A DNA stretch of 63,923 bases, counting the filler, from Basidiobolus ranarum (lineage: Eukaryota), in NCBI GenBank assembly GCA_040143965.1. It is 4 parts of 4 records of this genome, joined end to end, with 100 filler letters (N's around TTAATTAATTAA, not from the genome) between each part and the next. Parts side by side here need not be neighbours in the genome. Positions count along the whole stretch, not along the records: positions 16,133 to 32,126 come from JASJQH010007234.1; positions 32,227 to 48,197 come from JASJQH010007235.1; 2 more parts are not named here. One strand, given 5' to 3'. Below, piece by piece: positions 23,260 to 35,256 of the stretch. Under the pieces are notes generated by a model. The model saw nothing but the letters and a program-made list of their open reading frames with translations, was not told where the DNA came from and searched no databases. Position 1 is the stretch's first letter; each line of letters opens with the position of its first letter. Made by a program: the position numbers and the translations under genes.

Positions 23260-23765
23260 GAGTTAAACTAGTAATAATAAATAATGAATAAAGATTGAAG
23301 ATATCCATTTATTGTTGATTTCTGGTCAGCGATAATATGATCGTTCTTTTAATTTTCTATTTCCCCATTTGTCATTTTTTCGCATTCTTTCTATATTGGA
23401 GGATTCCAAGTGTCATCTAGTTACAAGCAGGATCAGCACTTACGTTATTCACACTGCATGCATATAGCACCAGTAACTGAACTCTAGATTTGATCTCTGT
23501 CTTGGTGGTGTGATGATGACAAGGCGTAACATAGATTACGTACTATGGAATCTAGGATATATGCTAAACTAAGTAAATACTTTCATATTTGAATACTCTG
23601 ATCAATGAGAGAGTAGATACATGTTTGGTAATAAAATATGCAATGTCCAAGTAACACAATATTTGTGAAAGAAGTTGATCAAATGATGCACACGGACTGC
23701 TTCTCTTAACACTACTTAAGAAACATAGTTTCCCAAAAACCCCTCAAACCAAAACCTCGTGAAAT

Positions 23766-25252
23766 ATGACTATTGCCTCTAGTCAAGCCTACCACTTTTC
23801 CAGAACCATAAAACGTATTGCCATTATTGGCGCCGGTGCTTCCGGTTTGGCTACTGCGAAAACACTGCTCTCTCAATTAACTTCTCCCAAAATAAAGATC
23901 TTCGAGCGAAACTCTAGTGTTGGCGGGACATGGTAAATACGAGTTACTTTTCTATTTTATCTTTTCGTTGGTTAACCCTTTCGAGGTATCTTTAGGATTT
24001 ATTCCGAGAAGCGAGGGCCTAAAGTGTATTTCCCAAGTGTCGATCCTTTAATTGCTGATCCTGAAGACCCTCCTCGCAACTATAATAGTAGTATTTATAG
24101 TTCTCTGAGAACCAACCTCCCACATCCTGTTATGTCTTTCCGGGACCATCCATTTCCGGAGGATACTCCTCTTTTCCCGGGTCATGGCAATGTTCTGGAA
24201 AATCTTGAAGCCTTTGCAACGGAAAATGAGTTACTTCCTTATATAACATTTAATACTGTTGTCCAACATTTAGACTACGTGGAGGATCAGTGGAAAGTCA
24301 CTCTACTTAGCGATGGGAAAAAGCAAACCGAAGATTTTGACGCCGTTATTGTCTGTTCTGGACATTATTATGTGCCATACATACCTAACATTAAAGGGTT
24401 GCATGAACTATCAGAGAAGCAACCCAATAGACTGTTACACTCTAGGGAGTATAAAAGACCAGAGATCTACAAGGATATGGTGTGTATACATTGCCTGTTC
24501 AACATTTCATCCAACTAATTCTTATTCTCTCACCTTAGTCAGTGATGGTAGTAGGAGCCGCATCTTCCGGAATTGACATTGCACGTGATCTGTCATTCCA
24601 TTGCAAATCAGTATATCAGTCGGTTCGTAACAACCAAGGCAGTGCTGACATTGGAGAATCGCCAGGGACAGGCTCCGCTTCAGAAAATAAGATTCAATTC
24701 AAACCGGAAATGGAATTCATTGATACCACCAACAATAAGATCCATTTTGTTGACGGGACGCAACTTGATATCCCCGATGTCATTCTTTTTGCCACCGGTT
24801 ACCTTTATTCCTTCCCATTCCTAAGTCAGCTTGAACGTACCAACAAAAGCGTAGAGAAGGTGGATGATGACTCGGTACTAATTACTGATGGGATGCAAGT
24901 GCACAATGTTTATCAACAAATCTTCTACATACCGAACCCTACCCTGGCGTTTATTGGCTTGCCAGTGAAAGTTGTACCATTCCCAATGGCACAATACCAA
25001 GCTGCATATGTTGCCCAAGTATTCTCCGAGAAAGTGAATCTACCCAGCCAGCAAGAGATGAAAGAATGGTATCAAGAACAACTGGAAAAGGTCCATGGGA
25101 GAGACATACATATATTGAATGGACCCAAGGAAGCTGAGTATTGCAATCGTCTTTCTGACTTTACCAAGGGAGTAATTCCCAAAGTTCCTGAGTGGTGGGT
25201 TGAGATGCGCGTTCAAGCACTTGCACTGCGCAAAAAAACCTTGGGATATTAG
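23766..25252 (+). CDS. Flavin-containing monooxygenase (FMO1-like), 3 exons
   Basis: FAD motif IAIIGAGASGL, FERNSSVGGTW, LLHSREYK fingerprint, NADP motif VVGAASSGIDIA, FATGY. Confidence 0.93.
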
Positions 25253-25386
25253 AAGGGATTCTAAGAATATTTTTGAATGTTTGATTAAACATAATTTTGT
25301 TACGTGAAAGATATATTTGTTTATTATTCAAGTACATGAATTATTGGTTGGTAAGTAGTGTAGTATAGGACGAGATAAGATCAGCA

Positions 25387-25767
25387 TTACTGAGTAAGAG
25401 TAGTGGTTACAACATCGATTAACTTGGCAGGGTTAGCACCAATAATCTCGTTGACCTTTTGACCATCCTTATAGATATGGAAGGTAGGCATGGAACGAAC
25501 CGAAGCTGAAGCGGCAAGATCTGGAAGTTCATCAACATCTACTTTAACGAAGATAGCATCTGGGAAACTTGAGGAAAGTTTTTCGAACTTGGGACCAACG
25601 AGTTTGCAAGGGCTAAAAACTCAAACTATTAGAACACGTGTTTATGTTAAGAAATCATGAAAGATTACATACCCACACCAAGTAGCGAAGAAGTCGACTA
25701 CAACGTACTTGCCACTGTTTAAGAGTTCTTCAAATTCGGATACTGATTGTACGTGTTGAATAGCCAT
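25387..25767 (-). CDS. TRX: Thioredoxin, 2 exons (not in ORF track)
   Basis: MAIQHVQSVSEFEELLNSGKYVVVDFFATWCG|PCKLVGPKFEKLS...FVKVDVDE...VRSMPTF...IIGANPAKL. The intron falls inside the WCGPC codons. Confidence 0.95.
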
Positions 25768-26471
25768 GATGAATATACTAATTGTGTTGCGCTTTTCAGT
25801 GTGAAACTAGCACTATTTATACCCAACTCATGAATCCTGTATTAAGCTTTACTGGCGATTCTTACTAAGCATTCATGATAGATGAAGCAAAATAAACAAT
25901 ATTACTAAGCAATCTCAATTGATTAAGTAAAATCAACAATATTCCAAATTCTTCGCTGATAAGCACTAAATAAATGTCAACCACGATGGAGCTTTTTGAG
26001 ACTGGGCCATGTTAGTTGCTATGTTTTCTATATATATACCCATTTACTAATATTCTAGTTCCCTTGTGGTTCTGTCTACTCGTTCCGTTTTGGCCAGATT
26101 TACCAATACTGAGTTTGGCTCGATAAGCATAATATTAGTAATTGGAGTTTAAGATACCAAAGTAGTCCAATAAATGACCATTTGTTTTATCTATCCAATA
26201 TATATAGTCTTCAAATGACAAAATACGAATATATCCCAAAGTTGTTCTTTTACAATACATATTCAGTGGCGCTCATCATGCCATAATAGTTTCTGGAACT
26301 GTGACTGATTACCCAATCAGTGAAAATAGAAGATGTATTATGAGTACCAATACCAATTGGCTGAACTTATCTTGCTGTTACAAATCACGTTACTCGATTT
26401 GGATAATTCTTGTGAACGAGTTAGGAATGGTTTCTATCAATCTTTCTCTATAGTAACAAGTTACTAAGCAA

Positions 26472-27535
26472 ATGTCTCGCTTCAACATTCAAGTTATTGA
26501 GGATAATCTAGTCATGTTAGGGGCAGCAGAGGACTCTGCAGGTTGCGTATTGAGAGGTTGCGCAATACTTCAACTTACGGAAAGTATGAAGTTAAAAAGC
26601 ATTAAGTTAACTTTTGAAGGAAAAGTGAAACTATCAAGTCATAAAAGTTCCTGTGGTAAGTCCGTTTGAATATAACCAGATGTGTTAAAATGAATGAAAA
26701 CTTTTTCTAAACCACTTTTTAAAAATCTTTAGATATTGGTACACATCAAGAATTATTGATTTCACACGAATGGAATTTTTTAGAGACTGATAATAAACCC
26801 AAAAAATTCCCTTCTGGTAAGTATAAATATAATTTTGAACTTCCTTTAGAAGGGGAATTACCTCCTTCCATGCAGGTTGATGGTGGTGTTATCGAATACA
26901 AATTAAAGGGTATTGCTGAAAGAGCTTCTCTCTTTGGAAACCTTACTGCTGAAAAGAAGATAAATATTCATCGATTACTTTCACTTTGGGCATTTTCTCA
27001 GACCCATTCGAGTAGTAAGGGTACATGTACAAATAGATTCAATTATGAACTCGGTCTTTCCAAAAACTTCTTCCACCCAAATGAAAGCATCGGTATTACG
27101 GTGAACATAGAGGCGTTAATTCCCGGATTACGTATCAAAAAAATCGCCTGGGGAATTATTCAGAATACGAGTTATCATGTTCCTAGCAAAGGGGACTTTG
27201 GCCCTTGGAGTAAAGTAGTCACCCAAGTATCTCATAAAGTTTTGGAACTTGTGGAAGATAATTTTGAGAAAACATGGTATCTTCCCATTCCCAACGAAAA
27301 ATTGATGTCATATGATGGTGAAAGTTCGTTTATTCAAGTTGAACATAAAATCATCGCAAAATTGGAGATATTTGATGCTTATGGTGCACGTAGCAAAGTT
27401 AGAACTAGTCTACCTATTGTGATCATTCCTGAGCTTAGTAGTCAATATAACGCAACCCCTCGTTATTCTCGAGCTGCTCTTACTTTACCCTCGTATACAG
27501 AAGTGATGCTTCCTAATTACGAGCCAGTATGCTAA
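26472..27535 (+). CDS. Alpha-arrestin (arrestin N/C domains), 2 exons
   Basis: LRGCAILQLTESMKLKSIKLTFEG, GKYKYNFELPLEGELPPS, GGVIEYKLKG. C-terminal PY-like motifs PRY, LPSY and LPNY. Confidence 0.88.
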
Positions 27536-27896
27536 GGTGGACATATCCTTTTAGGGAGGGGGTTTTCCATCAAGCGCTCTACATGTCGACCAGACCTAGC
27601 TACCCACTGCGATTCTGTACGTGTTGACAAAGTAGCTAGCACTCTGTGTCTATCCTTATTACCACTCTCCGTTTCACACTTGTAAATTACATCAGCATTA
27701 GACATTATTTGAAATACGACCCATTCATATCATCTCTTTTGTCATGATATCGATCATTCCATACCAAAGTCATCCAGAATAAAATCACAGTTTATAGTTG
27801 ATAGCATGCATATATTATGCTGACAAATAACATAAATAAACAAATCTATTTTACATGATTTTTATTGTCCACTAGAATGTCTACTAGATAGGGGTA

Positions 27897-29630
27897 TCAA
27901 GAAGAGGTTACAATAGTTTGGTTGTCTTCGTCGCCTCCAGGTGGCTTGGTTGGCTCGACAAGGGGAGAATCAGTTTTCACGTAAGGTTGTAATAGCTCCA
28001 ATATAGGTTGAATTTGAATGATTTCATTCGCTTTAGCTTCAGTGAAGAGTATATCAGCATAAACACCTTCAATGAAGCATCGTCTGATGTATGGAATGAA
28101 GCAATTAACGAACAGTTCACAAAATTTTTCGAAGATCGATGTTTCTTCAGGACGACTTGACCACACATCTGATTTATAAATGGCGTATGCTTGGATAGAC
28201 TTTGAAGCGTCGAGTAAACACTGATTAATATGAACACTCAAATCTCTCATAATAGAGATAGGTGCCAATAGTCGAAGTGAGTTAAAGGCTGAAAGGAAAG
28301 AATTGGTAAAACGAGCTAGTGGCGGAAAATTCATCAACGAAGTGGGTGGTGCGAAAGCCGATCTACTTGTAGTTTTAATGGTTTCAGGGTTTAGTGCTTT
28401 ACTGTTGGTCAACCAGGAGACATTCTTTTTCATGACCTCTTTGATCTCCCATTTAAACTCTTCTGTTCCATCAGTGATGAATTCCTTTACTATGGTACTG
28501 ACTCTACGTTCAAATACATTTCCGATAATTTGTCGAAAATCCAATCCAATGCGACCTAGTGACATACCACAGAACATCGCTTGAGTGAGTAGTGAAGATA
28601 AGGCACTTATATCTTGAATAGCCGATGTTTGTTTCGTAAGAGTATCTGTAAATCGAATAAAAACCTGGGATATATAATCGGAGCAAATGCTTTTTGTAGA
28701 TAATTTCTCACTGACATCGAAGTTAACTTTATGCTCCTTCTCATCCCCATCCCCATCCCCGTCCTCATTCTCACTCAGTGCGGTTTCTTCTTCGGAAAAG
28801 ATGGCTTTGTATTGACTTACGATATCAAAGAGCTCCTCACGGTACAAGTCAATATATCTACGTAGGAATTTTACCGGATCGATCATTTCCACCGAGAGTT
28901 CATGAATCAGTTGTTCAAGATACGAATCTCTTGATTTCAAGAATAATACTCGAAGTTCCGCTTCATTAAACACTTCCATGCGTCTCAAAAATCCAATCAC
29001 TCGTAAGCAGAGTGGAAGTTTGATGGGTCCACGTAAAAGCACCAATAACTGCGACAACATGTATGCGATAGACTTTTCTACATCCTGAGAGACTTGTTCA
29101 AGTAGATTGACTGTGGGGTGTCTCAAGCATAAACGTCTCACATGAGAAGATAGCTCCAAAGCTTCAGCATAATAACCATTTCTCACACAAGTATCTACCA
29201 ATTGAGGTATCTCCAAAACCTCCAAAAGGTTACTATAATTGTTTAATATCAAAGATAGTTTACTACGATCAGTCTGTATACTAGTCACTTCGACATTGAA
29301 GGAAGTATATGCCGTTTCCAAGGAAGGTAATACGGAAAGTAAAGTGGTTAATTTCTGGTCAATAGACGATAAGGTACTTGTCACGCTTTCGGAACAAGTG
29401 TAAGCACTAACAAAACCAAGATATTCTTTTTTCGCCAATTCTTTTAGCTCTTCGGTTACTTCTTCTTCCCGGGTTTCTAACAATATCGGCTCCTGACGTA
29501 AGTCATTCAAAGATAGGTTCGTCAGATGATCCAAGTAATCTTTACACCAATCCTCCTTGATGAGTTCTTTCTGGGTGGAGTCAACGGTAGATTCAATTAG
29601 AGTATGAAAATAATCCTCTATTTTCGACAT
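27897..29630 (-). CDS. COG8: Conserved oligomeric Golgi complex subunit 8 (Dor1), single exon
   Basis: LLEVLEIPQLVDTCVRNGYYAEALEL, IKLPLCLRVIGFLRRM, SLGRIGLDFR, PPLARFTNSFLSAFNSLR. Confidence 0.93.
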   Translation of the reverse strand: MSKIEDYFHTLIESTVDSTQKELIKEDWCKDYLDHLTNLSLNDLRQEPILLETREEEVTEELKELAKKEYLGFVSAYTCSESVTSTLSSIDQKLTTLLSVLPSLETAYTSFNVEVTSIQTDRSKLSLILNNYSNLLEVLEIPQLVDTCVRNGYYAEALELSSHVRRLCLRHPTVNLLEQVSQDVEKSIAYMLSQLLVLLRGPIKLPLCLRVIGFLRRMEVFNEAELRVLFLKSRDSYLEQLIHELSVEMIDPVKFLRRYIDLYREELFDIVSQYKAIFSEEETALSENEDGDGDGDEKEHKVNFDVSEKLSTKSICSDYISQVFIRFTDTLTKQTSAIQDISALSSLLTQAMFCGMSLGRIGLDFRQIIGNVFERRVSTIVKEFITDGTEEFKWEIKEVMKKNVSWLTNSKALNPETIKTTSRSAFAPPTSLMNFPPLARFTNSFLSAFNSLRLLAPISIMRDLSVHINQCLLDASKSIQAYAIYKSDVWSSRPEETSIFEKFCELFVNCFIPYIRRCFIEGVYADILFTEAKANEIIQIQPILELLQPYVKTDSPLVEPTKPPGGDEDNQTIVTSS

Positions 29631-29753
29631 GTTAGGCACCTTCCTCGCCAAGACAAACTAAATATAATAAGATGAATAATGCATAAACATACGCAGGCTC
29701 AATATTAAGATCATTCCGATTTATTTAATAATAATTGACCAAGAAGTTCAATT

Positions 29754-29820
29754 CTAACCCATCTGCATAACTAAGCAAGATCCTAACCCATCTGCATAAT
29801 TAAGCAAGATCCTAACCCAT
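29754..29820. repeat. 29-bp tandem repeat, about 2.3 copies
   Basis: CTAACCCATCTGCATAA(C/T)TAAGCAAGATC repeated between the NSE2 stop and the COG8 start. Confidence 0.9.
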
Positions 29821-29896
29821 TTGTTTGAAAATAGTTTAAGATATTGATTGAAAGATCAGGCCATTGAAATGCAGATATATATATACAAGTCTAAAT

Positions 29897-31108
29897 CTAC
29901 TCCACATCCATATACTAGAAAAGTATCAATCAGTTGAACATTCAGAAATGATAAAACCACATGGACCGTTACCTCTTCTTCTTCCTCTTCTTCCTGTGAT
30001 TGCAACCATTGTTTTACTCTACGAGCTAACGATTTGTTGGGTTTCAAGTCGGAGATCTTGATGTATTTGCTGCAACCTGAAGATAACTTGTGTTACGAAT
30101 TGCCTATCATTTCTAGCAACACACTCTATAACCGAACCTGAAACCGGACATGACGCGGCCACTGTACGCGACTGACGAATATGGCCTACAATGGCCTCTT
30201 TAGAAAAGCTGTGTTTACACACTTGACTATTAAGGTAGTTAGTATTTAAGCTCATCAAAACCATTGCTACTTGATGATATACCTTGTGACTGGATCTTCA
30301 AGATAGGTAGTGGTTATTGGACATTTTAGAGTTACCGTAGAAGTACTCATAACCATAAGATCTTCATCTTGCTCACCGTCGTCCACTAGGGGCGGCATAG
30401 GGTCATTGGGATGATTGACTTCCTAAAAAACGATATTTTCAAGTCAATTATCTTGTTATCACTATATCCACAGACCGAACCATAAATACCCAAACTTTAG
30501 ACTTGAATTCGAGATAATTTTCATTACGTAAATAACGAACATCTTCTGAGCGACTATTCCATTTTTGAAGTACGTTTCTATATTCATTTTTGAAGTGTTG
30601 AACCAAGTTTGGCTTTAATTATCGACCACGATAACCCATAAGGAAAGTTCTCTAGTTAGTAAAAGAAAATCTTTTCATTTCCAATAAAAAGAAAGTTTTT
30701 TTACAATCTGTTCACCACGAGATATTCTCATTTTTATATCGTTTAAAAGGCGTTGTTGTAGTTTTAGTTGAGCTTCAACGTCGATGACTCTTTTTACCCC
30801 TTCGTCTAAAGGTTGAGTCTGATTAAAAAGGACACAAAAAAGAAGGTATCTTTAGTATGTTGAATTTTGGCAATAGATACTTTTCATTAAAATAGGGAGC
30901 ATACGTCTGAGTTGATATTTTCAAGATCTACAGCTGCTTCAGTGAGGTGACCATATGCTTCGTTAACTTGGTTGAGTAAAGAGTCAAAATCGGTCAAATA
31001 GGAACCGATCTTGGTGGCGTAAGTTGGATCGAAATATACTTCTGCTGAAGTAGATTCATCTACTTGTGTAGCTTGACGGGAACTTTCACCCACTGAACGT
31101 TGCGACAT
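29897..31108 (-). CDS. NSE2: SMC5/6 SUMO E3 ligase NSE2/MMS21 (SP-RING), about 7 exons
   Basis: Spliced KCPITTTYLEDPVT.QVCKHSFSKEAIVGHI...CPVSGCSKYIKISDLKPNKSLARRV, preceded by an N-terminal coiled coil and YLEFKSKVWEVNHPNDPMP. Ends EEEEEEEYMDVE*. Confidence 0.88.
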
Positions 31109-31586
31109 TCTCGAAAGGTGCTATTGAGAGAAGATGATCTTAAAATTGACTCTAGTGTTTGTTTATTTGATTATTTACTAGAAAATCGATGTTCATTAAT
31201 TTCATAACTAAATTTATTCATAAACGCATATACTCTAACGAATGCTGCGGTAGAAATCTACCATCCTGATTATTGACTAAAGAAATAAAAAGGGAATTGT
31301 GGTACTTGAAGGTGAGTGTGCGAGATGTTCAAGAAATTCAAATGAGTTGGAAGGAGTCTTGATGGATATGAAGAAAAGAGGAACTAACTTAGACCTCTAC
31401 TAGGTTAGTGTTTTTTTGTCGATGTTTTAATAGGTCTGAATAACAAAGGTATATATCCTTTTGGAAGTAATGCTACAAATCATATTTAGATCAATTATAA
31501 TATTTATTCTCCCTAAAATTGAGCTTAAAAGAAAATGCCCTCACATTTTAGGTTTAGAACATTTGTTATACAGCTGCGATTAGGTA

Positions 31587-31954
31587 TATTGAAATTAGCT
31601 TTGCCTAAACACCTATATAGTCATATATAGCTTAGTATTTAATTATCTTATATTTCACTAAGATATTATCCATTATTCTCAATTGGTATTTACTTGGAAT
31701 ATTTTACCAACTTAAAAGTTCTCCAATATATAGATTTTTCAAACTTGTGCTAGAAGCCCCAAACTTGGCACACATGTTCCTAGGAATTCTCTTAATATTT
31801 TCTACACGTTTTTTAGCATACTCTAAATGTTAGTTTGCTTACATCTTGACAGAACTATAAATGTCATCCAAATACTCAATAAATCAATAAGTGAAAACCA
31901 CCAATTTCTCTGATTCTCCAAACCACTTCCAACAGACTCCCAAATACTTTAACA
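31587..31954 (+). mobile_element. Full-length copia LTR copy (begins TATTG; small internal insertion)
   Basis: Colinear with the LTR at 16856-17194. No matching target-site duplication seen. Confidence 0.92.
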
Positions 31955-31981
31955 AAAAGTAGTCAATGACAAAGATGTTAA

Positions 31982-32126
31982 TGTTGAAATTAGCATTGCC
32001 TAAACACCTGTATAGTTGTTAAAGTATTTGGGAGCCTGTTGGAAGTGGTTTGGAGAATTAGAGGAATTGGTGGTTTTCACTTATTGATTTATTGAGTAGA
32101 AAGTTGACATTTATAGTTTTGTCAAG
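31982..32126. mobile_element. Nested LTRs: forward LTR start (31982-32016) interrupted by a reverse-orientation LTR (32017 to contig end)
   Basis: TGTTGAAATTAGCATTGCCTAAACACCTGTATAGT is followed immediately by TGTTAAAGTATTTGGGAGCC, the reverse complement of the LTR 3' end. Confidence 0.88.
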
Positions 32127-32226
32127 NNNNNNNNNNNNNNNNNNNNNNNNNNNNNNNNNNNNNNNNNNNNTTAATTAATTAANNNNNNNNNNNNNNNNNN
32201 NNNNNNNNNNNNNNNNNNNNNNNNNN
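32127..32226. other. Artificial 100-nt spacer
   Basis: N-run, TTAATTAATTAA, N-run. Confidence 0.97.
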
Positions 32227-32285
32227 GTTGCCTACACATCACAAAATCCTGTATCATCCTGTAACAATATTCTCCCCACTCCCCC
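32227..32285 (-). mobile_element. Possible PPT and start of an LTR of a second family
   Basis: The minus strand reads GGGGGAGTGGGGAGAATAT then TGTTACAGGATG... running to the contig end. Confidence 0.4.
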
Positions 32286-33955
32286 ATAAACACCTTAGGA
32301 TCCTAAATTCGGTTGCTCTGATGTTTCTTATTGCAAGTGAGACTTAGAAACCTTGACTCCGAATCTCTCCAGCACTTCAATGCTGATGTGGATCAAGCAG
32401 AATCAGTCACACTTAGGTCTCAATCACATGTGGTATCATGTGACACCTGAGAAAAGGGAAAGAAAACTCACTAACACTGCGGCATTGCACGTCTTCTGAT
32501 TGTTGTAGTAACAGTTGTAAAGCACACAAGCCTAGGATTGGTGGGGTATATCTAGTTACTAATCAATAAAATAAGAATTGAATTCTGACTTGCCATTTGT
32601 CTATAATTATAGGTACACCTCTATTTGGGGCATGCGTACGGGTAACGGATATTTAGTGAGTGAAAACCATTTCTTGGCTACTCAGTTTCGACAGAAGCTA
32701 CGACCGAAGCATCTTTCCATACCTAATAATTTCGTCAATTTAAGCCAATGATGCAAGAAGGGTCTAGATGGTTGATATCATTTTTTCGGGAGCCGGTTGT
32801 GGCAACCCTATTCGTCAGCAGGCTCACGGATCACAGAGAAGATTCGGCTTATCAGTCAAGGCTGGGATGGGTTCAGCTAAGAGCCCCTAAACCCTTTGCG
32901 GGTTTCCTAACCCAATCCCTATGCTCAAGTCAGTCGACAGATTGCTGTAGCAGAGTTGCAATCAAACCAAGCAACATTTCATATGAACTGATCCTGAGCA
33001 AAATGATTCAGTATTGCTAGATGGAGTCTGTGATGTAGAGTGAATCCTCGCAATCACAACAATGCAATCAGGTGACTGCCATGGGCTTCTAACACTAGGT
33101 ATCATGGCATATCCATATCCTAGCTACAAATCATGGCCAGAATCAAGTGATGATCAGTGCAAAATTCGTTATGGAAATAATACGTAGTTGCTTCAGCGGG
33201 TATCATTGCCTTGATCTCAGTTCACTTAGACACAAAGATATGCTGAATACATCATTATTCCCTAATCTGACACAGGTAGCGGTTTGGTCAATTGAGTAAT
33301 TAAACTGCAACTGATACTAATTTCAATCAGTATGTAAAGGAAAATTATGTGCTTCATAAATATGGTCTCCAGTAGACGCGTCTCAATGAAGCGGCGATGC
33401 ATATTCGACGGAAACTACCCACCGCTCTCCCTAGGTCTTTCGACCAACAGCTCCACTCTGCTTGTGTCTGCATACTGATATCAGTGTCGAATTAGAGCTG
33501 CCGTCTCCATTAATTAGTAGATGCCCTAAACATTAAGCAGGGGAGTCCAATGTTATCCAGACATTGAGCTCATTTATTCAATCGAATGATAGATAAAAGC
33601 TAATATCAAATTGCTTATGGATCTAAGATTGGGTCTGTGTTTTGCTTGACCTTCGTATATCAAACGAGCCCATTGATCTAATTTGATACATGCCAGGCAG
33701 GTGACCAATCAATCCTGGATCCTGCTCAATATAAAATCTCTATTGGTAATCACTCTCCAATTGGCCCACTAAACATAGAAGACATTGCAAAAAGACTGCT
33801 TAAACATCACTAATTTGGACCTATTCGAGTAGTCATTCCAACGCATATATAACCTCGTTAGCCCGAGTCCTAACTATTTCCAAATTATTTATTGTTGACT
33901 CTTTTCCATTCAAACTCGATTATTCATTACTTCATTTTGACTTGTTATTTAAACG

Positions 33956-35256
33956 ATGGTCGTAGAGCAAAGAGTCAAACAGAATCGTTGGGAGCAATTC
34001 GCGAGTCTATTTAAGAGTTCGGAGAGTGTTAAGCCAAACTTACGAGACCGTTGGAAAATCCTTCTTTCACGCAAGCACACTGTCAATAAACAGACCCCAC
34101 ATCAAGAAAGAGGTAGGGAATTTTTAGATTCAACATGTGCAAGATTTGCCACTAAACCACCATTGAATTAACAGCTTCCCATGAGCCTCTTTTTGGTGCC
34201 CCCTTGAGTACTTCTACCAAGTATGCAGCTACTGTAGTCAACCTTGGTAGAAATGGAGGTTATTTAAACTGCTTGGTACCCATAGTCGTCGCCGAATGTG
34301 GCACATATCTCAAAAAAAATGGTAAAAATTATATTGTTAACTTGTTCCAATTTGGACAAAATTAACAGTTCGATTATTAGGAATTGATACCAAAGGAATC
34401 TTCAGAATTAACGGCTCTACTAAGCGCGTAGGCCAACTTCAGGAGCTTTTCAATGCTGGTCCACTATACGGTCGTAACGCTTCGTGGAATGGCTATACGG
34501 TCCACGACGTAGCCAATCTACTTCGTCGTTATTTGAATTGTTTACCAGAGCCAGTTATCTCACCCCATTTGTACTTTCTTTTCCGTGAAGCATACAGTAA
34601 GTACTTACAGTTGGATCCATTCCTGCTCCAATTCTGCGACTGACTTTGATTTATTGATAGAAACCCATGAAGAAAATGGAGAGATGCAACTACAAGCTTT
34701 TCAAAATTTGCTATCATATTTACCAAGACCCAATCAAAGTCTTTTATTATACTTAATGAACTTACTGGCATATTTCGCTGAACACCAAGAAACTACCCTA
34801 ATGGATGCTGACAACCTTGCCACCATATTCCAACCATGCATCTTAGCTCATCCTTCGCACACACTGCAGCCAATGGAGTACAGATACTCCTCACTGGTTG
34901 TCAGGCGTTTGATTGAACACTCTAATCAACTAAAGGTTCCACCACATCACGACATACCACTGCCACTGCAACCGGTAATCGAATATGACTATAGTCCAAA
35001 GATCATGAAAGAGAAGAAAATAGAAATGTTCAGTTTGAATCCGTTACCTACACCACCCCTAAACCAACTCTCACGTTCACTATCACTTGGAAAACGCAAA
35101 TACACTAAGAAGCCTAGCCTTATGAGATCCGATTCACAAACATTTCTTCAAATAGTTCAAGAATCATCGGATTCTTATCAATTCAAAATGATGAACGTAA
35201 AAAGAAGCGCAACTCTACCGGGAAAACAACGTAAAATGACTCAGGAATACCACTGA
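33956..35256 (+). CDS. RhoGAP-domain protein, 4 exons
   Basis: LFGAPL, VPIVVAECGTYL, GIFRINGSTKRV (arginine finger), HDVANLLRRYLNCLPEPVI, MDADNLATIFQPCIL. Confidence 0.92.

Noticed and set aside
32700-33200. ORF 32748-33020 and neighbouring sequence with faint integrase-like words
   Set aside because: Similarity is too weak to call by eye. Probably decayed TE.
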